A stretch of 54,240 bases of DNA, counting the filler, from Jimgerdemannia flammicorona (Eukaryota), in assembly GCA_003990765.1 (NCBI GenBank). It is 2 parts of 2 records of this genome, joined end to end, with 100 filler letters (N's around TTAATTAATTAA, not from the genome) between each part and the next. Parts side by side here need not be neighbours in the genome. Positions count along the whole stretch, not along the records: positions 1 to 27,072 come from RBNJ01000664.1; positions 27,173 to 54,240 come from RBNJ01000665.1. One strand, written 5' to 3'. Below the pieces are notes generated by a model. The model was not told where the DNA came from. It did no database searches and was given only the letters and a program-made list of their open reading frames with translations. This document shows, one piece after another, positions 23,432-36,059 of this stretch; the stretch's first letter is position 1, and every line of letters begins with the position of its first letter. A program made the position numbers and the translations under genes.

Positions 23432-24364
23432 TGTAACGTGCCGGCTCAATGGAGGCAAATTGCAAGGTTGGGGCTGCTACGTAGATTGGCTTGAGCCCCC
23501 AGTTACTTTGTCAAAAAGTAAATGTGCTGGTTCGCGTAACGGGGACGATTTCGGCGATATTTCCTAATTAAGGGGAATCGGCATAACACGGCGGATTCAG
23601 CAGTAAAACGGATTTTCTTAAGTTGGCGGATAACTCGGGCGACGCGGATTATTTGAAAATGGCGAATAACCTGAGGACGGCGGATTATTTGAAAATGGCG
23701 GATAACTTGAGGACGGCGGACTTCTCTTCTTGATGACAAAGTTACGTCAAAGACTGCTTCCGTTGCACGAACAGATTCACTGCAAAGGTGCATCAGGTAG
23801 ACTGGCTTTGTGGCAAGATGGTGGACTTCATGAATAAAGTGGACTTCTCTTCTTTGTATCAGAAAGTGGACCAGAGTGGAAAATGGACATCAATCTCACA
23901 ATCTCCTAAAAGTGGCTTTAGAGTGGGCATTTCTCCTAAGTGTTGCAAACCATCCTGGATCAAGTGGCTCTTGGCAGGCATATCCCTCAAAGTGTAGTAG
24001 GCAGACTTTTCTTTTTGCTTTGTAGTTTCAATTTCAGACTGAGGTTTATTCACTCTAATCTCTGAGGTATTTTAGACAGTTGATGCTAGCTGATTGCTAT
24101 ATGACTAACTATAGATTGTTATTTCTAGTAATGTTTAGCTATTTCTGTTGAAAACATGAATCTCAAATTTGGATACAGTGTACTAGCTGGGAATACTAAT
24201 CTCAAATTCTGATATGGTATACCAGCTAGGAATACTTTGTGCCTTTATTTGGTTATCTGGATTATTTATACAAGTTGGTATAGTAGGGCAGTTCTAGTTG
24301 CCTAGTATACCAGATATGGTATATGGCATGATAACTTGGTACATTTTTCTGCTAACTTGTTACA
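23432..24364 (-). repeat. Family A 3' LTR
   Basis: TGTAACGTGCCGGCTCAATGG...TGTTACA ends. 36-bp tandem repeats at ~23625-23725. Confidence 0.9.
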
Positions 24365-26850
24365 TCAGCTCCCACTAAAGAATAGTATGTCCCAGGCTAT
24401 TCTTTAGTTATTATTCCAATATGAGTAGGCATCTTCTGCATCAGCTTCTGTTTCATTATCTTCTTTGATTTCAGAGCTACTCTATTCTAAGAGCTCCTCT
24501 TCTTTTGCAGGGAATATTTCTTCAATATGGTGAATGATGCTCAGGTAGGTGGCAGGAATCATTCTTTGAACATCTTAAGGTAAAATTAGATCTGGATTAA
24601 TACTCCTGTATTTCACTTATAGATGTATAGAGTCTGTTTACTATAATGGCATTCCTTCTGGTAAGGCCTGAAAGTATCTGATATAGATATACTCAGGGGT
24701 TGAGAGGTCTTGTAGTTGTTTTCTGATAGTAGAGTATATCTGTAGCTAGTGGATTTCTAGAAGTTAATGGGCTATAGTGAGGTTCTCTTGATAAATTTAG
24801 ATAAATTGGAAGTAGTTGCTAACAGTTTTTTTAAACTGAGGTAGGAGAACTGGTAGAGCCTGAAGAGAACTAAGAACAAGGGTCTGGAGGTAATGATCAA
24901 TTCTCTGGATTATTGTATAGAGAGTAGATATATCTTGAAGTAATTGATATATACTAAAGTCCTCAGGATGCATCTATTCATATTTCTTATATAGATACTT
25001 ATTTTACTAATATTGTATATAAGATAAGGTTCTCCTAATTTGAACTCCAGTTTGGTAGCAAAGTTTATTTCAATCATATAGCTTCAGACTAGTACTTATC
25101 TCTAATCTTGATCTTTTGATCCTTCTACTTCTGGTTATAGTACTTCTTATAATAGTCTTAATTATCTGAGCTCAAACTTGATTATATAATTATTCTGTCT
25201 TTTTGAGGAGATCTTCAAGGTCCTTATAATTAGTAGTTTGAGTTCTCTTGGTAAACATTATCTCAAATGACTTTTGTTTAATAGATATAACAGAGTTGTT
25301 CTAAATTTTCCATAGAATCTCAGATCCTAGTTGGTAGAATTGACTTGAGTAAGTTCTTTCTTGATAGTCTAATTCATTTATTCTGTTAAACTATTTATAT
25401 GAAAATAGTATAATGTAGTGTGTTTGAGGTAGATCTTGTAAATTCAGACAATACTTGTAATTATATTATTGTTAAATTTTGTATATTGGTTAGAAATAAG
25501 ATCTTCTGAGAGTCTATATCTGAGTGTGAGATTATAGAGGAGACTAACAATGATTGAGGCATCAGTAATTTCCATTGAAAAAAAGCTTTATACCATTTGA
25601 TTAGATATTTTACAAATACTAGAATATATTTGTTTCTTTTTCATATATCTAATAACATCTGCTCTCTATCTCTGAAAGATATTATCTGATAGTACATATG
25701 ATTGATTCTGATAGTACTTGGTAGTTTTTCTTTCTTTAGTACTTCTGGCAAATGTTATATTTCTTAAGTATGTCTCTGATATATGTTCTGAGATTAGATC
25801 AATATTGATATATTGTTTGTAGCTTTTCTTCTATATTTATCTATCCTTAGTGGGCTTTTTGATATTTTTTTTTGAATGAGATCTTCTTGTACTTTGATGG
25901 TCAAAGGTACTTTCTTTAGAGTGTGATTCCTCAATATATTCTTCTTTTGGATTATTGGGCTTTTTCTACTTTGTATATAATGAAGATTTTGTAATCCTAA
26001 AATAAAGATCTAGAGGGCAAGGTTTCCAGTAGTCTTCTTATAATTGAATAGTCTTTTGAGAGTAGTATGGTCAGTTATCAGAGTGATTATTTTTCCAATA
26101 AAATAGTATTTGAATAGGATAACTGTCTATATGACTGTAAGACATACTAGCTGTCATAATTGGCTTTCTGTTGATTGAGAGCTCAGCTCATATAAGTTAT
26201 CACATAGTGCTGCTGGTCAGGTCCATCTTAGGCTAAAACAGCTCTATGGCTATCTTTTGAGATACATATCTATATATAAGGTAAATGGCTTCTATAAATT
26301 GGATTATATAAGGATTGGTACTATAGTCATATGGTTCTTGAGTTCTCTGAAGGCTAGTTCTTATAATTCTCTCTATTTATATGGTACTTCTTTCTTTGAG
26401 AAAAGTTCATATTGTTAGGTGAAGTCTTGGATAAATCTTCTATAGTAGGATACTAATATTAGGAATGATAGTATTTCTTTCTGAATCTTGGGTACTGGTC
26501 ATTTGTTGACCTTCTTAGTTTTCTTTAGCTCTGTATGAGTTTCTTTTTTTGAGACTATAAATTCAAGGAATTAGAGTTTCTGTTTTCCAAAGTAATATTT
26601 TTTAAGATTGAGTCTCAAGTAGTTCTTACAGGTGAGCTGGAAGAATTCTTCTAGATAGTGTAGATATTCTTTGAAATTTGCTGAGTAGATATTAGAATCA
26701 TTCATATATATAATTAGACAGTAGTAGATCAGTAGACCATAGACTGAGTTCATTATTCTTTGAAAGATAGGGAGTGTATTGCAGAGTTTATTGAGTATTT
26801 AGAGATATTCAAACAATTTTCCTAGAGTAAGAAAAGCTGTTATCTAAATC
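23432..26850 (-). mobile_element. Family A Gypsy copy 2 (3' LTR, extra ORF, INT, RH, partial RT), truncated near the gap
   Basis: Reverse complement of ~9400-13137. ORF 26571-26753 (YMNDSNIYS...YYFGKQKL) is an RT relic. PPT TTAGTGGGAGCTGA (-) at 24365-24378. Confidence 0.9.
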
Positions 26851-27072
26851 AATGTTTTTGCCGTAATGTCGATCTACGCTAGGGAGGCGTAACTATACTA
26901 CGTATTGCATAATGTCAACTACGCTACGCTCACGTGATGTCAATCTTCGTGATAAAACACCAATAACCCCGTGTCACCAAAATGACCATGCATCACCCCG
27001 AAATCCTAGGAAAGAAACCTCAAATAAATGATCGATTGTTCTGTATTTGGGTGGAAACACACGGTATAAAAG

Positions 27073-27172
27073 NNNNNNNNNNNNNNNNNNNNNNNNNNNN
27101 NNNNNNNNNNNNNNNNTTAATTAATTAANNNNNNNNNNNNNNNNNNNNNNNNNNNNNNNNNNNNNNNNNNNN
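27073..27172. other. Assembly gap with artificial six-frame stop linker
   Basis: 44 N + TTAATTAATTAA + 44 N = 100 bp. Confidence 0.95.
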
Positions 27173-30100
27173 TTGAAATCAATAAGCGTAGAGGACGTAC
27201 TCCATACGAAATTGATCTTGACCATAAGAAAACGGTCTTCCAGAGTATCCAGAATATCCAGAAAACCCTTCCAGAACTACGTAACGGTTACCCTAAAAAG
27301 CAACCCTCTTACACTAATGATAGAGTTAAATACCTCATTCTTATATGGCTAAGTATCATCATTATGATGGTCTTGAAGGTTAAAGTTATTTATAAGATCT
27401 AACTCTACTTGTATTGTGTGGATATCATTGAGACTACCAATTTTAACAGAGGATATTCCTTATATACCACTAATAGCAAAGGGCATTTTTCTGAACAATT
27501 AGTAGGTATGGAGCAAAATACACTATTTAAATATAGAGATATTATATTCATCCAGAATTTCTGAAGTGTTTATATTACTTCTGACAATAAGTCTATCTGC
27601 CTGGTAGTTTCTCAATATCATGAAGTATCTGGTGACCTATTGCATTCTTGATACAACTTCATCAGTAGCTTATAAATACTGCTCAAGGTTATAAGTATCT
27701 ATATTAATATATTCTCAAGAGAACTGATGTTGATGGTTAAAGACAGCATTCCAGAATACCTGGTAGACATATTTAGAGAGTGTAGGCATAATTTGTTTAT
27801 GTCTTAGTTTTTGTTTTAGGGGAGGGGTATCTATATATTTATATGGTAATTGTTTGAATGATTATTTTCTAGAGCTAATTTGTAGGATATTTATTTGTTT
27901 ACCAAATAAACTATTTTAGTATATGGCAACCATGATTTTATAGCTTGTCATGGTCTAGTTTAGCCCATGAGGTTGCTGGTCTTAAAGATCTTACTAGCTC
28001 CTGACATCAGAGGACTGATAATATCAGTGACTAATTTTGATATACTCTAGTTCCTATGATATTATAGATTATTTTAGTTTATGACATCAATATGACTAAA
28101 GACTAATTTAGTCTTATGCTATTTTTAGCATCCTTAGTCTATTTCTGAGATATATCCATAGTGATATCAGTGTGAGTATATACTAAACTGTATAGAGGCT
28201 AGTGTGACTACTATGATACATATTACTATCTGAAGAGGGCTGAAATTAGTACAAAATCATTATAATCTCACTAATATTTTTATATTTTCTAGTATATAAC
28301 CTTGCTAGTGACATGAATCTGATAATATCAGCTTAGTGATATTATCATTTGTGATATTATAATGTATTTTTATTATATAGTATTTGGGTATTGAGAGAAG
28401 GTTTCTAAGCAAGTAGAAGGTGGCAGAATATAGTAGAATGTTTAAGAAATGACAAGAAAAGACTAACTAAAAGATGTGAAAATATACTAAGACTAAATAT
28501 GACTATAAAATTATTATATCTCTCTCTCCTTAAGAATCAATATTCTTATTAAGTTCTTAGATAATATAAGACTAGATATACTTAACTAAAATTTCTCAAA
28601 CTTATATCAGCACATTGGTAGAGATTGGCCATCCTTGTATAGAGTAGAGGGCCTATTATCAGACTAACCAACTGGAAGGGATTTGAAACCAGTTAGTAGC
28701 TTTATTTCAGTGGACTTCTTATTTATTAAATATTCTGCTAGTTCCAGGGTCTCAAAGTAAACTTCTAATATATAAGATACTGGTTATTGCTATAGGTTAT
28801 TGATAATCCAAGGAAGTCACTATAGAGATTGGACAATGCATTTTGCCTTAAAGTCTTGAACTAGATCTTGAGAGTTCTTGAGGTTAACTAGTAGTTTCTA
28901 GGTAGTATCATATTCAGAGTAGTCCATCCACTTAACTAGGTATTCAGGATAGTAGTAGTGGATTCATTTGTCAAGAATTTTCTTAGCTTTATACTTGATA
29001 TAGTCTTCAATAATCACAAGGATAGAAGGCTTAGGAATTCAACCAAGGTATAGTAGTGACTGGTTCCAGATCTTGAGGTGTAACATATGAAAGACTGGGT
29101 ATACTCTCATGGTTTCAGATAGCTTGAGACAGTAGGAGGATACAGAGACTTGTTCAGTAATCTTGAAAGGTCCAATATACTTAGGTTGAAACTTATTCAA
29201 AGGATAGTTGACTTGAGATTATATCTTGAGATTCTTGGTAGACAGTAGAACTTGATCTTCAACAGTATAAGTAACATTATAGTATTTCTTGTCAGCATAC
29301 TTGGCTTGATGCTGTTGAGCCTTCTGAAGATTCACAATAGCAATCTTGAGTAGTTTGTCCATTTTGTCTGTAAGGTTCTTGGCAGTTGGGACTTGTATTT
29401 AGCTGTTTTTCTTAAAAGAGAATAGACTTGCAGAGGTCTCAGGATTTTGATCATAGAATAACTAGAAAGGAGAAAGACTAGTAGATGATTGGATGGTATT
29501 ATTATATGTAAACTTCACATAAGTCAGATAGTGGTCTCAATCATCTTGCTTATAAAAAACATAGTTTCTAAGTATTTGTTCTAGAGTTCTATTCATACAC
29601 TCAGTTTATCCATCAGTTTGTAGGTAAAAGATAGTAGATATAGCCAATTGGGTTTTCAGAATCTTAAAGAGAGTTTGCCAGAAGTAACTGGTGAACTTGG
29701 AGTCATGATTACTAACAATTACTCATAGTAGACCATAGTGATGGAAGATAGACTTAAAGAAGATTCTTATAATCTTGAGTGCAGTAGCATTGGTTGGTTC
29801 AGCAATCATAACCATAGTCTTGGTCAGGCAGTCAATGAATATGATGATAGCATCAGTACCAGATTGAGTTCATAGTAGTTGAGTTACATACAAAGTCTAT
29901 AGTAACTTGCTTAAATTTCTTGGTGAGAATTAGCAGTAGTTATAGCAAACCAGCTAGTGTTTGGTTGGTAGACTTGTTGCACTGATATAGATTACAGCTG
30001 AAAACATAGTTCTTGATTTCCTTGACCATGCTTGATCAATAGTAGTGGTATTGAATGTTTTTGACAGTCTTCTCAATTCTCAGGTAACTGATAAGAGGAG

Positions 30101-32224
30101 AGTCATGGTGTTCTTGTAAAACCTTATAGTATAGATTTATGTTTTCAGATAGGTAGACTTGATATTGATGATAGATCAGGTTGTTCTTGATAGTATATAT
30201 CTCCTTGAGCTCATTCAAGAAAACTCTAGTAGCAACTATGTCTTCTTTGTAAGCTTGTCTAATTTGGTCTAGGAATTCTGATACCAAGATAACTTGTATA
30301 ATTGTGATGAGGTCAGGGTATCTTAATAAGGCATCTGATACTACAAGTATCTTGCCAGACTTGTAGATGATCATTGGATTGAAGGTTTGAAGCTTAAGGC
30401 TCTACTTGGCTTATAGATATGATAGGGTAGGTTGAGTGTTGATATACTTAAGAGATTGATGATCAGTGATAACATCAAACTCAATATCTTCTAGATAGCA
30501 TCACTAGTAGTCTAGTATATGTATTATTGCCAGTAGTTCCTTTTTGTGAGTGGCTAGCTTTTGTTTAGCTGGGACTAACTTACAGGACTCAAAAGCAATA
30601 AGATGATATCCTTTGCCATTATCTTATAATAGGACTGCTTCAATGGTAAAATTCAACACTCAGTAGTAACTATGAATTTTAGGCCTTAATCTATATTACA
30701 CAGGACTGGAGCATGGGTCAGGTAGTTTTTGAGTTCTTGAAAGGCTTGTTGATAGAAAAGGTTGCAGGTGTAGGGTATATAGTGATCTGAGTATGAGGCC
30801 TTCCTCATGAGGTTAGTTAGTGGCTTAGCAATGCTAGAGAAGTTTCTGACAAAGCAGTAGTAGTAGCCAGCTAGACCAAGGAAGGATTGGAGTTCTGTGA
30901 GGTTTGATGAAATGAGCCATTCTTCAATTACTTCTATCTTATATAGGTCTACTTGAATTCCTTGTGCAGAGACAATGTGACCAAGATATTTGACTTATTT
31001 CTTGAAGAATTCACACTTCTTGAGTTTTGTATAAAGCTTGTATTTTCACAGGATCTTCAGAATCATTTGAATATGTTTGAGGTATTCTTTTTTAGTTATA
31101 CTAAAGATCAGAATATCATCAAGATATACCAATAGGAAAATAAATAGTTGGTCCTTAAATATCTTGTTCATCAGGATCTGGAATGTGGTGGGTATATTGG
31201 TGAGATCAAATGCTAAGACTAGAAATTGTAGAGTCCAAAGGAGGTCATGAGTATAGTCTTAGAAATGTCTTCTGGATTGATTCAAATCTAGTGGTATTCT
31301 GACATAAGGTCTAACTTGGTGAAGTACTTGACATTCTTGAGAGCATCAAAGATTTGATCAATCAAGGATAGTAGATAGTGGTTCTTGATAGTGAGTTTGT
31401 TGAGTATATGGTAGTCTATATATATTTGCAGAGTATCATCTTTCTTTTTGATGAATAAGACTGGTGAGCCATAAGGAGATTTTCTTGGCTAAATAGCTCC
31501 TCATACAAGTAGTTCTTTTAGTTCTTTCTTGACTGTTTCAATTTCAAGTAGTAATATGTGGTATATATATTTCTTAGATAGTATAGCTCCTGGGGTCAGT
31601 TTGATTTTGTGATCAACTTCTCATATAGGTAGTAGACCAGGTAGTTTGTCTGAAATGACATCCTTGAATTCTTTTAGTAGTAACTTGATGCTTTTATTAA
31701 CTGATAGTCTTTTGTTTTGTTTCTTGAGACAGACTATTATAATAAAGATATACATTGCCTTCTTAAGTGCTTTCTTGTACTATATAGCTGACAGTATTGC
31801 AATCTGGGTCTTGCTTGTGGTCTTGTCTGTCTTGATCATAATGTTGACTCCATCTTGAAGTAGGGTGACTTCATTCTTACACCAATCAATATCTGGGTTG
31901 TGTTTTGTAAGCCAGGGTTTTTCTAAGATCAGATCATGATCTCTTAGTGGTACAACCTTGAAGTCTACTTGTTCTCAATATTTCTGGATCTTGATGGGTA
32001 GTTTGGTGACAATTGACTCGATGGAGTGTAGAGTACCATCTGCAGTGACTATACTATTGTTCTTGGGTACAGGCTTGGTGAGAATCTTGAGGTTTTCAAT
32101 GAAATTCTGATTGATGAAGTTCTCTGCAGCTCCACTGTCTATAAGTACTTAAACTTCTTTTTCTTTGACTAGGTCTTTGAAAATGAGCATAGCTTGAGCT
32201 CAATTTTTACTAAGACTTACTGCT

Positions 32225-32642
32225 TGATCAGTACTGCCAAAACCCTTTTGATCTTGCTTGGTTTCAGAGAGTTCTTGGACTTCTATAATCTTGAGTTGAC
32301 TGGCTTTTTTCAGGATCATTTGCACAACTCAGTCTCCTTCTTTAACTATGTAGTCTTAATCCTTCTGGTTGATGAGCAAGACTTAAACTTGTCCTCAAAA
32401 GTCTGGGTCAATGATACCAACACCTATATCTAAATAATGTTTGATACTGAGTCTTAATCATAGTGCAATTCTAGCATAATGTCCTTCAGGACATTGGACT
32501 GCAATTCCAGTAGGCACCAGAGTATGGCTCTTAGCTGGGATAGTAACTTGTTTGACTGAGTGTAGGTTAAGACCAATGGCTCCTTCTGTTTGATATTGAG
32601 GGACCTGGGCCTTTGGATGAAGCTTCTTGATCTTGAGCTCAA
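32225..32642 (-). pseudogene. dut: dUTPase domain between gag and protease of family B
   Basis: Hand translation: ELKIKKLHPKAQVPQYQTEGAIGLNLHS...LVPTGIAVQCPEGHYARIAL*...GVGIIDPDF*GQV*VLLIN...KEGD*VVQMIL...LSETKQDQKGFGSTD. All five trimeric dUTPase motifs are recognisable. Confidence 0.92.
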
Positions 32643-33679
32643 GTCAACTGGTAGTGAAATTGACAGGTGTGTCCTTGAACAATATGGTGACTGGTCTTGA
32701 GGGTTTGCTAGTCTTCCTAGGACATTTGGTTGTAATGTGTCCTGTTTGGCAATAGAAGAAATAAGCTCTGGATTTCTTCAGATAGTTCTTTTCTTCAGGG
32801 GTGAGCTTAGTATTCTTTTTGTTCATAGTGTCTAAGTCTATTGATGCCAGGCCAACTGTCCTTGGTTGGTTTCTGTGGCAGTTCTCAAAGTAGTTCTTTT
32901 TGTGGCATTCTGGTTTGAAGTAGTTGCCAAAGGTGATGATATCAAATCTATTAGCAATTCTCATAGCTTCATCAAGAGTTTTGGACTCTTCTAGCTTGAC
33001 CTTGACTCATGTATTTCCCTTCAGGCCTCAGACATAGCAGTCTATCTTTTTATCCTCAGATACCACTGGTAGCTCAAGTAGGATTGATAAGAATTGTGTA
33101 TTATAGCTTTGTACAGACTTGAGTTGCTTGATATTTGCTAGCTTGTCCCTGGCTAGCTTGGTGGTATTAGCAGGCTTAAACTACTTGTGAAGAGCTCTCT
33201 TGAAAGCTTCCTAATCTCTAATTTGTACATATGAGTGTACAGATATAATCATGATATGATTGTGCCACCAGATGGCTGCATTTCCTTAGAGAAGTGTAGC
33301 AGCAAATTGGACTTACATATCATCTTCCATTCTTGTGAGCTCGAAGTATTAATTCAATTAGAAGATCCATGCATCTATAGATAGTCCTCCTCAATGGCCA
33401 TTGAAGATATCTGGCTTAAGTGACTTGAAACTAATTAGTGCTACAGCAGGATGTGATGTACCCATAGTTTGTGTTTTCTGCTATTCTAGTTGTGCTTGAA
33501 GTTCTTGAATTTGGTAGGCCATAGCATTGATCATATTTTCTATGTTGAGCTGCAATCCTTCTGCTTCTTCTGTAGCAAAGGAGTCTGGCTGGTAGACTGA
33601 CTCTTCATGGCTCATTTTGGGTTTGTGTGACTGGTTTCCAAATTCATGTGAGGTTTCTTAATAAGACAAGGTGTAATGA

Positions 33680-33693
33680 TACCACTGCTATCA
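33680..33693 (-). promoter_or_regulatory. Putative primer-binding site of family B (initiator-Met-like)
   Basis: TGATAGCAGTGG two bases after the 5' LTR. The second copy reads TAGTAGCAGTAG (~36208). Their consensus TGGTAGCAG matches the eukaryotic tRNA-iMet 3' end type (GCTACCA). Confidence 0.5.
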
Positions 33694-33695
33694 AG

Positions 33696-34159
33696 TGTAA
33701 TAGTTCTAGTTTCTTTAAGAGGAAGTGGCTAAATCTGGAAGTTCTGGTTGGCCTAAAGTAACTCAAAGAGATACTTAAAGATTCAAGTATTCTTGAAGGA
33801 TTTCTGAGAGAAAATATTCTGAGCTTTATTCAGGCAGAGAATAAGGATATTTATATATGATCTGAAAGAAAGATCTGAAAGAATTTAGAAAGAAAGAGAA
33901 ATGCCAAGAAATAGGTTCTCGGAAAAGCTGACTAATACTATTCTACAATGTTCTGAAAGGTTCTATGACTAGCTAAGACAAGATACTTAGTACTAAGAAA
34001 AGACAAGAATGTTCTAGTGGTGTCTGGGTACTGAGAGAAGGTTTTTAAGCAAGTAGAAGGTGCTGAAACATAGTAGAATGTTTAAGAAATAATAATAAAA
34101 GACTAACTAAAAGATGTAAAAAATGTACTAAGACTAAATATGACTGTGAAATTGTTACA
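33696..34159 (-). repeat. Family B 5' LTR (464 bp)
   Basis: TG...CA ends. Reverse complement of 35595-36058, with the same length. Confidence 0.9.
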
Positions 34160-35434
34160 TCTACCCTCTAGCCTAGCCAGTAGCTTCTTCTGTCTCTTAT
34201 ATCTCTGGACTCTTTCCCACTACCTCTTGTCCACTTGAATCTGCTTTCCATCCATTACCTCCAAATGTATTAACTCCATAAAAGCCTTCCAAACCTTTGC
34301 CCACCACTCTACAGCACTGCTCAGCTCTTTCAGCACTTCCAATAAGTCCTCTTCCTCCTCCTTACTTCTCTTCACCCTTATCACCTTATACAAAATTACC
34401 CCCCAGACTATCACTAAAGACCAGTTCCTTGCCTTCCTGATAGCTTCCTTCCCTACCAGCCAAATCCTTATATCAATATTCCTAGTTCTGAATAAGGTCC
34501 CCTCCTAGACTTTGAATCTAATATTCACTACCTCTCTATACTCAGTTATGACCTCCTTGATCCTCCTTCTCATCTCCACTACTGTCACTATGAGTACTCC
34601 TTTCACCAGTAGTTACACTACTCTGGGATCCCATCTCAGACAATATACCATCAGAACATATATCTCTCCAATAGTCAGTTTAGCCTTCAGTACCTCCTCC
34701 AAAGGCCCAGCCTTCTCAAAACCCACCTCTACTCTCTCTAATCCCTTCAGAAACTTTACTGACACTGCTCCAGCCACCTGCTTAGTAATTAGCCCTAGCA
34801 CCATTTTTGCCATCACTGCTAGGCCCCAGAAGTACAATGTAACTGTAAACTCTAAGATCAATTTCTTAAATAACAGAGCTACTGTCAAGCCCATCACACT
34901 ATCTGCCAAATCTCTCTGCCATCTAAGCCCCAATTACTTAGCCACACTATCTGTAGTCATATCTGGATTTTTTTTTCCAAATTGGCAGTCCTGTCACCAT
35001 CAGCTGTCACATCTATCCCAGCCACTATACCCCCAGCTCTACTGCCCTCACTACCAAGGGCTACTTTCTCATATACTGCTATCTTCCCCATCTCCTTGCC
35101 TTTCCTCAGCCATCCCTCCAGCCCAGATATCTGCTGTCTCTTCTTCACTATCTCCACAAAGCTCGTCCTTCCAGACCCCTGTCCTCTACTGCTGCTTCCT
35201 CCTCTTTTGCATCCTCCTACTAGTAGTCCTCTTATATTTCCCCCCAGACCAGGGCCCCTCCCCACATATTGCTAGTTGAACATGCTTGGTCCACCCTACT
35301 CAGTATATACCTCAGATTGTCTATTAGTCACCATGTTGCTAGTCTCTTTTCTTCAAAAATGATATTGTATGTAAGTACTTTCCAAAGATTATATAACCTG
35401 AATGATACTGGAGAAAGGAGATAGGCTCAAACTC
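34160..35434 (-). mobile_element. 5' fragment of an L1/Tx1-like LINE (5' UTR and ORF1 N-terminal half)
   Basis: ORFs 34613-34933 and 34220-34414 (DLADSVMGL, AGPLEEVL, EEEEDLLEVL) are close homologs of 48975-49600. The fragment is cut at the family B LTR. Confidence 0.9.
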
Positions 35435-36058
35435 CTCCTAGTTGATTAGTCTGGTAATAGGTCCTCTGTCCTATATAAGAATGGCTAATTCTTACTAATA
35501 TACTAATATAAGTTTGAGAAATTTTGGTTAAGTATATCTAGTCTTATATTATCTAAGAACTTAATAAAAACATTGGTTCTTAAGGAGAGAGAGATGTAAC
35601 AATTTCACAGTCAAATTTAGTCTTAGTATATTTTTGGGTCTTTTAGTTAGTCTTTTCTTATTATTTCTTGAACATTCTACTATGTTCTGCCACCTTCTAC
35701 TTGTTTAGAAATCTTCTCTCAGCACCCAGATACTACTAGAACATTCTTATCTTTCTTTGGCACCAAGTATCTTGTCTTAGCTAGTCATGGAACCTTTCAG
35801 AACATTGTAGAATAGTATTAGTCAGCTTTGCTAAGAACTCATTTCTTAGTATTTCTCTTTCTTTCTAAGATCCTTCCAGATCTTTCTTTCAGATTATGTA
35901 TAAATATCCTTATTTTCTGTCTGAATAAAGCTCAGAATATTTTTTCTCAGAAATTCTTCAAGAATACTTGAACCTTTAAGTATCTCTTCAAGCTACTTTA
36001 GGCCAACTAGAACTTTCATATTTAGCCACTTCCTCTTAAAGAAACTGGAACTGTTACA
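35435..36058 (+). mobile_element. Family B 3' end: 3' UTR, PPT and complete LTR (35595-36058)
   Basis: Reverse complement of ~28519-28680. AAGGAGAGAGAGA precedes TGTAAC, and the LTR ends TGTTACA. Confidence 0.9.
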
Positions 36059-36059
36059 C

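Larger units (their letters stand above)
28382..34159 (-). mobile_element. Degenerate chromovirus (Ty3/Gypsy), family B: gag-dUTPase-PR-RT-RH-INT-chromodomain
   Basis: Minus-strand features in order: 5' LTR 33696-34159; gag ATG ~33615; knuckle relic FFYCQTGHITTKCP; LIDSGAAENFI ~32115-32147; VYLDDIL ~31110-31130; EHHDSP ~30100; YIGPFKI ~29160-29180; EYLVKWMDY ~28920-28946; PPT 28519-28531; partial 3' LTR 28382-28518. Confidence 0.92.

Noticed and set aside
11933..24364. Composite transposon or DIRS-like element bounded by inverted repeats
   Set aside because: Each repeat is the 3' LTR of a separate Gypsy copy with its own PPT and integrase extending outward. No tyrosine recombinase was seen.
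27117..27128. Perfect palindrome TTAATTAATTAA
   Set aside because: Artificial stop linker centred in the N run.
27310..28381. Additional decayed element
   Set aside because: CpG-depleted and repeat-like, but no domain, terminus or in-window homolog could be identified.
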